NCBI GenBank assembly: GCA_963759765.1
Contig: CAVXAL010000003.1
Span: 423,804 to 487,803 of the forward strand
Direction: 5' to 3'
Length of the DNA: 64,000 bases
DNA from: Candidatus Aminicenantes bacterium
GTDB taxonomy: Bacteria; Acidobacteriota; Aminicenantia; UBA2199
The translations under genes and the position numbers were made by a program. The notes below the pieces were generated by a model, which was not told the origin of the DNA, made no database searches, and saw nothing but the letters and a program-made list of their open reading frames with translations. Shown in pieces: positions 9,879 through 18,428 of this stretch. Position 1 is the first letter of the stretch. The number at the start of each line of letters is the position of its first letter.

Positions 9879-10214
9879 TTATTGATTTTTTAGACCCAGC
9901 GCATTGAGTTCTGAAGCGATGTCAAAGGTTGTTTTGGGGGTGGAAAGCAAGATGACGTGATAGCGGTTTGCCAATTCGATGGTTTTTTCCGGAACTTTTT
10001 TGTTGTGGGTGATGACCACCGCTGCTGCATCCACCAGGTTGGCGACTGAAATAACATTGGTATGGGTTTGAACGGTGAGCCACAAGTCTCCGGATTTGCC
10101 GCTGGTCATGACATCCGAGAGCAAATCGGAGATGAACACCCCCAGGACATCTCTTTCTTCCAGTTTGGTCAACGTTTTCAAATTTAGTTTTTCAATGATT
10201 TTCTGAAGCTTCAT
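9879..10214 (-). CDS. DRTGG-domain protein
   Basis: 111 aa. 'ISDLLSDVMTSGKSGDLWLTVQTH' resembles the N-terminus of the neighbouring DRTGG-ATPase. It is co-directional and lies 13 nt from the next gene. Confidence 0.65.
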   Translation of the reverse strand: MKLQKIIEKLNLKTLTKLEERDVLGVFISDLLSDVMTSGKSGDLWLTVQTHTNVISVANLVDAAAVVITHNKKVPEKTIELANRYHVILLSTPKTTFDIASELNALGLKNQ

Positions 10215-10241
10215 CCCTTTCCTCCTGGCCGTTTTGGTCTT

Positions 10242-10817
10242 TCATCCTTCTTCTTCGGGTGCGGTTAAGGAAAGCATGTTCACATCCTTGATGACCTCTC
10301 CGTAACACGTGACGAAATTCTTCACCAGCTCTTGCGACACAATTTTAATCCGCGTGCGCGAGGATTTCCGCCGCTGATTGAAAAAATCCTCCAATATGGC
10401 AATCTGTTTCTTGGTCAGCTGCTTGTGTTCGTCGTTGGGTAAATAACCAAAAGCAACATAAACCCAGGTCCTCTCTTTTTCAAGTTTTTTCCTGACCTTT
10501 TCCACCTGGCAATTTTCATCGCAGCCGGTGCACATCGCCAGTCCCATCAATTCGTTGAAACTGACCAGCTGGCCGCAATGCCTGCATTTGAAATCAAAGC
10601 GGAAGGATTGCGCGCTTTCCATCACATTCCAGAAATGGTCCCCTTCGCGATATTCTTCCAGTGGCGGCCGATCTTCAAATGTGAAGTAGGTGGATATCAT
10701 TTCACATTTGGAACACTTCTCGGTAATCAGAAAGCCATAGGCGATATTGGCCATTTCCCAGATGTGATTGCATGTTGCCTCAGGCATGGAATTCACCAGT
10801 CCTTTTGGAGAGTTCAT
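10242..10817 (-). CDS. Cys-rich hypothetical protein (putative zinc-ribbon pairs); first gene of the operon
   Basis: 191-aa ORF with 'CSKC...CRHC' and 'CTGCDENC'. I recognise no family. The start is uncertain (M1 or M11, 'MPEATC'). Confidence 0.45.
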   Translation of the reverse strand: MNSPKGLVNSMPEATCNHIWEMANIAYGFLITEKCSKCEMISTYFTFEDRPPLEEYREGDHFWNVMESAQSFRFDFKCRHCGQLVSFNELMGLAMCTGCDENCQVEKVRKKLEKERTWVYVAFGYLPNDEHKQLTKKQIAILEDFFNQRRKSSRTRIKIVSQELVKNFVTCYGEVIKDVNMLSLTAPEEEG

Positions 10818-10924
10818 TTTAGTTAATAATCTAAAAAAATGTCAAGCAAAATCCGGGGGGGCGTATACTCTTTTAACAGTCGATGATTAATTTTTTAACA
10901 CCGCACATCCTTTTCCATGTGGAA

Positions 10925-11049
10925 TCATTCCCACTCAATGGTTCCCGGCGGCTTGGAAGTGATGTCCAGGCAGAGGCCGGATATGTCGGGCAGGGCCAGG
11001 GCTGAGAGCGTCAAAAACTGCATGAAATCGCGGCGGGAATCATGGGCAT
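10925..11049 (-). pseudogene. Truncated, frameshifted duplicate of the Tat-signal 5' end of the aminotransferase gene
   Basis: The reverse strand reads 'ATGcccATGattcccgccgcgatttcatgcag', against 'ATGcctATGatttcccgccgcgatttcatgcag' in the intact copy at 12603. One T of the TTT run is missing, so 'SRRDFMQFLTLSALALP' is out of frame with its ATG. Similarity fades after about 22 codons and a stop follows at 10922-10924. Confidence 0.6.
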
Positions 11050-11315
11050 TTCTCCTTGGGCAATGGCTGCGAACGGTTTTCCCGAAGAGCCAAACCAATT
11101 TTATATAACCTCTTGGCGAAATATTCAAGCCAGCGCGGTTTCCTGTCTTTTACTCTTCATGATTTATTTTTGCATTTTTTTTTTGGATTAAGATACAATA
11201 CCCGTGCGAGGTGGATCCATGGGAAAGCCCATTCGGGTTTTAATTATCGGGGATTCTGAAAAGGATTCCCGTTTGTATCTTCAATGCGTGAAAAACGCCG
11301 GTTTCAAGCCGAGGC
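10988..11315. repeat. Copy A of a ~330 bp imperfect direct repeat (duplicated divergent promoter region plus both gene starts)
   Basis: It aligns base for base, with scattered mismatches and small indels, to 12541..12871. Examples are 'gggcagggccaggg.tgagagcgtcaaaaactgcatgaaatcgcggcggga', 'tcaagcca.gcgcggtttc' and 'cattcgggttttaattatcggggattc.gaaaa.gattcccgtttgtatcttcaatg.gtgaaaaacgccggtttcaagccgaggc'. Confidence 0.9.
11219..11315 (+). pseudogene. Truncated duplicate of the first 32 codons of the receiver/PAS kinase gene
   Basis: 'MGKPIRVLIIGDSEKDSRLYLQCVKNAGFKPR' compares with 'MGTPIRVLIIGDSEKDSRLYLQCVKNAGFKPR' at 12775. After 11315 the frame runs antisense into the 3' end of the aminotransferase gene (ORF 11204..11485). 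Confidence 0.6.
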
Positions 11316-11342
11316 ACAATCGTTTTCGATTTAGTGCTGCAC

Positions 11343-12603
11343 TTACCTGCCGGCAAGTTCGCGCACGCAGGCCAGCGTGGCCTCGATTTCTTCCGGGCTG
11401 TTGTAGATATGAATTGATTGCCGGTTGCCGCGGATGCGTATTTTCTTGCGCTTCCATAATCCGTCTTGCAGCTCGCTGCCTTTGAGGTTTTGACCTCGTA
11501 ATGGGTGATGCCGGCGCACATAGCCGGATGCAGGGAAGTGTTGATCTGGACCCCCTTTATTTTTTTTAATCCCTCGCGCAGGTAATCGCCGAGATATTTG
11601 ATATCGTTGAAAAACTCTTGGCGGGCCGATTTGGTTGTGGAAGTCGATGGCCGTGTTGAGCCCGATGAGGAGCGAGAGGTTGCCGGTTCCGCGCTGGTGA
11701 GCCGGTAGCCGTCGTCCTGGTGGTTGTTCCACTGGCCGCTGGCCAGCGTGATCCAGATTTCCCTGATGCGTTCCTTGCGGATGTAGAGGAATCCGGTGCT
11801 GGCGGCGCCAGGAACCACTTATGCAGGCTGGCGTAACAGGCGTCGCGAGCCCAATTCACGTCCGTCGGGATATGGCCGAACGCCTGGGCGCCGTCGATGA
11901 CGGTGAAAATTCCGCGCTGCGCCCCCTCGCTGCACAGCTCCTTAATCGGCAGAATGGTGCCGGTTAACGAGATCATATGGGGAATGGCCAGCACCTTGGT
12001 CCGGATGCCGATGGCGTTGCGAAAAAGGTCAACAATTTCTTCGGGGGAACGTGGCGGCTTGGGCAGGGTAACCGGCGTGTAGTTCAAATTTTCCCGCTTG
12101 GCTTTCACCTCCCAGCCGCAGCGGCCGCCCGGATGCTCCATGTCTGTGGCCAGGATCTCGTCACCGGCGTTCAGCTCCAGGCCGTGGGCGACGGTGTTCA
12201 TGCCCATGGTCGCATTTTCGGTCAGGGCGATCTCTTCCGGGCTGGCGTTGATCAGTTTGGCCAGCTTGCCGCGCAGGGGCAGGTAGGCTCCGTACCCGGA
12301 GATCCAGTCGTCGCCCTTGTAGTCCCACTGGGCGATGTCCGCGGCCACTTGGCGCATGTGTTCGACCACGGCTTCGACCACGACCCGCGGCGGCGAGCCC
12401 AGGGTGCTGGTGTTGAAAAAGGCCTGGTCGACGGGCATGGTGAACAGAGCGCGTAGTTTTTTCCAATAGTCGGCCGCACCGGCGGCTGGGAATTCCATTT
12501 CGCTGACCTTACTCTTTTCGAAGTTCCACTGCGGAAAAGCGGGCAGGGCCAGGGTTGAGAGCGTCAAAAACTGCATGAAATCGCGGCGGGAAATCATAGG
12601 CAT
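11343..12603 (-). CDS. Class V-fold PLP-dependent aminotransferase (CefD/cysteine-desulfurase-like) with a twin-arginine signal; about 4 frameshifts
   Basis: The fragments are 11566..12603, 11240..11818 and 11343..11732. The first holds the Tat motif 'MISRRDFMQFLTLSTLALPA', 'ENATMGMN' and 'ASLHKWF'. The second reads 'GAASTGFLYIRKERI...'. The third is the C-terminus, 'IHIYNSPEEIEATLACVRELAGR'. Confidence 0.65.
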
Positions 12604-12871
12604 TTCTCCTTGGGCAATGGCTGTGAATGGTTTTTACGAAGAGCCAAGCCAATTATATATAACCTCATTATTGAAATATTCAAGCCACGCGCGGTTTCTT
12701 GTTTGTTGATCTTCATGATATTTTTGTATTTTTTTTATTCGGATTAAAATACAATACCAGTGTGAGGTGGACCTATGGGAACGCCCATTCGGGTTTTAAT
12801 TATCGGGGATTCGGAAAAAGATTCCCGTTTGTATCTTCAATGTGTGAAAAACGCCGGTTTCAAGCCGAGGC
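12541..12871. repeat. Copy B of the ~330 bp direct repeat (the functional divergent promoter region)
   Basis: See copy A. The offset between the copies is about 1553 bp. Confidence 0.9.
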
Positions 12872-15800
12872 TCAGCCGCATAGGAAGCGCCGGTGAACTG
12901 AAAAAAGCCCTGAAACAGCCGTGGGACCTGATCATTTTTGCTGAGCGGCGGCGACGATTCGCTGTTGATCGGGCGCTGAAAATCATCAACCAAAAGGGGC
13001 TGGATGTCCCGTTCATCGTTGTGGCCGAAACCCTCAGTGAAGAGAGTTTCAGCGCGTGTCTGAAAAGCGGGCGAACGATTGCTTGGGCAAAAACGACCTG
13101 GCCCGTTTGGCGCCGATCGTTCAGCGGGAAATGCGCGCGGTTAGTGAACGTCGCGAACGCCAGCGGGCGGATGCGGCACTGCATGAAAGCGAAGCGAAAT
13201 ATCGGGCTCTTTTCGAATCCGCCAATGACGCGATTTGCCTGCTGGAAGGCGAGCGATTCAGCGAGTGCAATTCCCTGGCCCTTTCCCTGTTCGGCTGCAG
13301 GAAAAAAAGCGATCTGCTCGGTCGTTCACCGCTCGATTTTTCTCCCAACAAACAGCCGGATGGAAAAAAATCAAGGAGATGGCCCGGGTCCATATCGCTG
13401 CCGCGCTGAGAGGAAAGCCGCAGAGATTCGACTGGCAACACCAGCGCCGGGACGGTACCCTTTTTGCTGCCGAGGTATCGTTGAGCAAACTGACGTGGGG
13501 TGAGAAACCAATTCTTCTGGGAATTGTTGAGAAACGTATCCGAACGCGAGCGTATCGAGAAAGAATTGCGGGATTCGGAGGAGCGGCTGAAGCTCCTGTT
13601 CGAGAATGTGCCGGATGCGTTTACCTGAGCGATCTGAAAGGTTGTTTCATTGACGGGAGCAGGGAGGCGGAAAGATATCTGGGTTATAAACGAGAGGAGT
13701 TAATAGGAAAAAGTTTTTTCGAAGCTTAAATTGTTATCCCCCCGGCAAATTCCGCGAGCCGCTGCGTTGCTGGCAAAAAATGCGTTGGGGAAAGCCACCG
13801 GCCCGGATGAATTCACCTTGAACCGGAAAGATGGAGGTCAGATTGTTGTGGATATTCGCACCTATCCGGTTAGGATCAAAGGTCAAACGGTGGTGCTGGG
13901 AATTGCCCGAGACATCACCGAACGCAAGCGGGGGGAGGAGGTGCTGCGGGAGAGCGAAGAGAGATATCGTGGGTTGGTCGAACAGTCCCTGGTGGGAATT
14001 GGCATCTCTCAGGGGAATCGGGTCTTTTTTGCCAATCCGGCCCTGCTGGACATTTTTGGTTACGATGATCTTGAAGAATTTGCCAAGATATCCCTTCAAG
14101 GTGATCATGTGGCGCCCGCCTCCCGTGAATATATTGTCAACCGGATGAGAAATGCCGCCAGCGAGGGAGCCCTGCAAGCCGATTTTGAATACGACATCCT
14201 GCGCAAGGATGGGCAAATCAGAACGTTGCATGCTTTTTCGGCCCGCTCTGGCTGGCGAGATACCCAGACTGTCTTCCAGGACATCACCAAGCACAATTCG
14301 GAAAAACGTTTTCGAGGGGATCTACAGAAGCACGCAGGGAGGAAAGCTGATCATGGCAAACCCCGCGCTGGTGCGCATGCTCGGTTATGTCTCCGAGGAG
14401 GAGCTGCTTTCTGTCGAACTCCGTCAGCACTACGTCAATGCGGACGACCGGAAGCGCATGACGGGCCTCCTGGAGAAAGAAGGGGAGCTACGCAACTATA
14501 CACTCAACTTGAAACGCAAAAACGGGCAGATCATAACCGCGCTCGAGAATGCGAGGGCGGTACGTGACGGTCAGGGCAATCTTCTGTATTACGAAGGGAC
14601 TCTCACGGACATCACGGAGCGCCAGCGAACGGAGACGGAACTCTTTAATTCCCGTCAGATGTTGCAGCTGGTCCTGGATACGATTCCGCAGCGCGTGTTT
14701 TGGAAGGCCCGCGACTTCTCCTATCTCGGTTGCAACAAACTGTTTGCCCATGATGCCGGACTTGACCATCCGGATACCGTTGTCGGCAAGGATGACTTCG
14801 AACTTTCCTGGAAGGATACCGCCCAGTTGTATCGCGACGACGACCGCTGGGTGATGGAAAACAACATCGCCAAACTCAACTTTGAGGAACCGCAGACCCG
14901 GCCCGACGGCAGCCAATTGTGGCTGCGGACCAGCAAGGTACCGTTGAACGACGCCGAGGGGAAGGTGATCGGCGTTCCGGGAACCTACGAGGACATCACC
15001 GAGCGCAAGCAAATGGAAAGCCGGCTGCTGGAGTCGGAAGAATATTACCGGACGCTGGTGGAGACCTCGCCCGACGCCATCATCATTGTCGATGCCGGCG
15101 GTCGTCTGTTGTTCGGTTCCCGGAAAGCCTACGAGTTGTTTGTCATACCTCCGGACCTGCCCGTTCGCGGAATGCCGATTCTGAACTGGATTGCAGCCGA
15201 GGATCAGGGCAAAATAGAGGAACGGATGGTGCAAATCCTCTCCGGCCAAGCGAAGCCGGGCACGCGGGAATACAGGCTCCTCAAGAATGATCGCACGCCC
15301 TTCTGGGGAGAATTGTCGGCGTCACCGTTGCTGGATGCGCGGGGTCAGACCATGGGGCTGTTGATTGTCATCCGCGACATCACCGAGCGCAAGCGGGCGG
15401 AGGAGGCCCTGCGGGCCAGCGAAGAGAAGCACCGCACCCTGTTCGAGGAATCCAAGGACGCCGTGTTCAGTTTTTCCATTGCCGGTGAATGGCTGGACCT
15501 CAATCCTGCCGGTTGGGAATTGTTCGGATTTTCCGGCAAGGAGCTGGGGCAGCAGAAGAGTGTCCGGGATACATTTCTTGATCGCGAGGATTTCGACAGG
15601 TTAAAAAAAAGCATCGAAAAACAGGGATTTGTCAAGGATTACGAATTGTCACTGAAGGGGAGCCGGGGCCAGCGGCTGGATGCGCTGATCACCGCTTCCA
15701 CGGTCCGTGATCCGGCGGGTGGTATCCGGGCGTTTCGTGGCATCATCCGCGACGTGACCGAACAGCGGCAGCTGGAAGAACAGTTCCTCCATTCGCAGAA

Positions 15801-16914
15801 AATGGAGGCCATCGGTCGGTTGGCCGGCGGCGTGGCTCACGATTTCAACAACCTCTTGACCACCATCATGGGCAATGCCGAGCTGAGTCTTCTCAAGGTG
15901 GCAGAGAATCATCCGCTCAAGGAATCGTTGAAACAGATCAGCGGGGCCGCCGAGCGGGCGGCGCAGTTGACCCGCCAGCTCCTTTCGTTCAGCCGCAAGG
16001 AAATCACCCAGCCCCAGTTGTTCAATCTGAATGAATCGTTGATTAAATTGCGCAAAATCCTTTCCCGTTTACTTGGCGAGGATATTGATTGCCAGTACCA
16101 GCTCGCCCCTGACCTGAAATGGCTCCATGCCGATCCGACGCAAATCGAGCAGGTGATTCTCAACTTGGTGGTCAATGCCCGGGATGCCATGCCGCGGGGA
16201 GGAAAGCTGGGTATCCGCACCGAAAACCTCATTCTGGATGAAGAATTCCAGAGCCGGCATCGCGGGGTGCGCCCCGGCCACTACATCAAACTCACTGTTA
16301 GTGATAATGGCGTGGGCATGGATCCGGACCTTGCGGCCAGGATTTTTGAGCCGTTTTACACCACCAAACCGGAGGGAACCGGGTTGGGACTGTCAACCGT
16401 ATACGGGATCGTCAAGCAATTGGCCGGACAAATTGAACTCCACAGCCAAAAGGGGAAAGGCACCACGTTTGAGATTTATTTTCCCACAGCCGGGGAACAG
16501 ATCACTGCGGGTGAAAAAGAGCCGAGCCGAGAGCAGGGCCAGTTGCCTGGAGGGAAGGAGACCATCCTCGTTCTGGAAGATGAGGGGGCAATCCGGATGC
16601 TCATCAAAGGGGTTTTGGGAGAGCTGGGATATCGCCTGTTAACCGCCGGCAACGGCGAGGAGGCGGTGCAGCAAGCCCTGACCGGGGCCATCGATCTGTT
16701 GATCACCGACGTGGTGCTGCCGGGCGAGAAGGGGCCCAGCGTGGCCAGGAAACTGGAAAATATGTATCCGAAAATGAAGGTGATCTACATGTCCGGTTAC
16801 ACCTACGACCGCATCGACAGCGCGGAGATTCTCGAAGGGAAGGTCCATTTCCTCACCAAACCTTTCAGCCCGGTTACGCTGGCCCGCAAAGTTCGGGATG
16901 TGTTGGACAGCTGA
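12775..16914 (+). CDS. Multi-PAS hybrid sensor histidine kinase (N-terminal receiver-like domain, at least 6 PAS, HisKA, HATPase, C-terminal receiver); about 6 frameshifts in the first 1.5 kb
   Basis: The fragments are 12775..13503, 13056..13409, 13235..13729, 13731..14567 and the intact 14152..16914. The repeated PAS linker signature is 'DITERK(R/Q)'. The H-box is 'AHDFNNLLTTIMGNAEL', the N and G boxes are 'VNARDAMP', 'DNGVGMD' and 'GTGLGLS', and the receiver reads 'ILVLEDE...DLLITDVVLPG'. Confidence 0.8.
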
Positions 16915-17112
16915 ATCCGCATCGTTTTTGATGTGCCTGAATGGCTGCGGTTTTGTTAAACGGAGTCAGGGTCCCAGTCGTATAGGCGGTTGACATGGAA
17001 ACCGATGACCGGATTTTCGTCAACAAAAGATGAGGGTGCGGCCGTTTACGGAGTCTCTGCTGCCCCGTTGAACCCAGTGTTTCACTGGATTACAATGAGA
17101 TGAAGGGCGGCG

Positions 17113-18423
17113 ATGAAAATCAAACTGGCTTACGGTAAAAAGGGACTGACGGTCGAGCTGCCCGATACCTGGAACATCACGCTGCTCGAGCCCGATTACG
17201 AGCCCGGTCTACCCGATCCCCGCCAGGCCCTCCGCGCGGCACTGCGCCGGCCGAGTGGCTGCCCGCCGCTCGGCGAGTTGCTCAGAGCCGGCGATAAAAT
17301 CGGCATTGTGTTCAGCGACATGACTCGGCCCACCCCCAACCACATCCTTATCCCGGTCCTGCTGCAGGAACTGGCCCGGGTGCCCAGAGAGAACATCACC
17401 TTGTTCAATTCTCTGGGAACGCACCGCTCCAACAGCGAGGCCGAGCTGCGGCGGATACTGGGTGACCCCGTGGTCGATGGTTACCGCATCGTGCAGAATG
17501 ATGCCTTCCGGTCGGAAACCCAAGCCTGTCTGGGCCGGACCGGCCGGGGCCATGAGCTCTGGCTCAACCGCGAGCTGCTGGCCTGCGATTTCAAGATCCT
17601 GACCGGCTTTATCGAACCCCATTTTTTTGCCGGATTTTCCGGTGGCGGCAAGGCCGTGCTGCCCGGCATGGCCGGCTTGCAGACGGTGCTGGGCAATCAC
17701 GACGCCGGCATGATTGACCATCCGCGGGCAATGTGGGGGGTCACGGAGGGCAATCCCATCTGGGAGGAGTCGCACGAGGCGGCCGCAGGCATTCAGCATC
17801 GGCCAGACGGAAGTCAGGGTTTGTTCCTGCTGAACGTGGCCCTCAACCGTGACCAGGAGATAACCGGCGTGTTCGCCGGCGACTTGGACCTGGCTCATCG
17901 CCGCGGCTGCGATTTCGTCCGGGCCAGGGCCATGAAGCCCGTTTCCGAACCGTTTGCGATCGTGGTCACCACCAATTCCGGTTACCCTCTCGACCTTAAT
18001 CTCTACCAAACGGTCAAGGGCATGAGCGCGGCCGCCCAGGTGGTTCAATCCGGCGGTGCCATCCTCGCCGTGTCCGAATGCAGCGAAGGCATCCCGGAAC
18101 ATGGGCTCTATGGGAAGCTGCTGCGCGAGGCGGAAACCCCCCAACAAGTGCTGGAGCGCATCCGCCAGCCCGGTTTCCTGGCCCAGGACCAGTGGGAAGC
18201 CCATGTCCAGGCGCTGGTGCAGCTCAAGGCCGATGTCTACTTGTACAGCGACGGCTTGAGCGATTCGCAAATTCGGGGGGCGCTGTTGCGACCGTGCCGG
18301 GACATCCCAGCCCTGTTGGACCGTTTGCGCCAGCGCTTCGGTGCTTCGGCGCGTATGGCTGTCCTGCCGCAGGGACCGCAGACCGTGGGCTTTGTTCAAG
18401 GCAGCCGTTCCGGTGGCCGCTGA
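17113..18423 (+). CDS. larA: LarA-family (DUF2088) nickel-pincer-cofactor-dependent racemase/epimerase homolog
   Basis: Intact 436-aa ORF with 'FSDMTRPTP', 'FNSLGTHR', 'GFIEPHFFAGFSGGGKAVLPG' and 'LGNHD'. The order and spacing are those I recall for lactate racemase. Confidence 0.7.
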   Translation: MKIKLAYGKKGLTVELPDTWNITLLEPDYEPGLPDPRQALRAALRRPSGCPPLGELLRAGDKIGIVFSDMTRPTPNHILIPVLLQELARVPRENITLFNSLGTHRSNSEAELRRILGDPVVDGYRIVQNDAFRSETQACLGRTGRGHELWLNRELLACDFKILTGFIEPHFFAGFSGGGKAVLPGMAGLQTVLGNHDAGMIDHPRAMWGVTEGNPIWEESHEAAAGIQHRPDGSQGLFLLNVALNRDQEITGVFAGDLDLAHRRGCDFVRARAMKPVSEPFAIVVTTNSGYPLDLNLYQTVKGMSAAAQVVQSGGAILAVSECSEGIPEHGLYGKLLREAETPQQVLERIRQPGFLAQDQWEAHVQALVQLKADVYLYSDGLSDSQIRGALLRPCRDIPALLDRLRQRFGASARMAVLPQGPQTVGFVQGSRSGGR

Positions 18424-18428
18424 TACTA

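Noticed and set aside
11204-11485. A 93-aa ORF starting with a receiver-like N-terminus, as a possible small single-domain response regulator.
   Set aside because: Only the first 32 codons are receiver-like, being the duplicated 5' end of the kinase gene. The rest is antisense to the aminotransferase 3' end and looks non-coding.
16915-17112. The 198 bp leader upstream of larA, as a possible metal (Ni/Co) riboswitch.
   Set aside because: It contains some short inverted repeats, for example 'ttgac...gtcaa' and 'aaacgg...ccgttt'. I cannot match it to any riboswitch consensus from memory, so an Rfam scan is required before making any claim.
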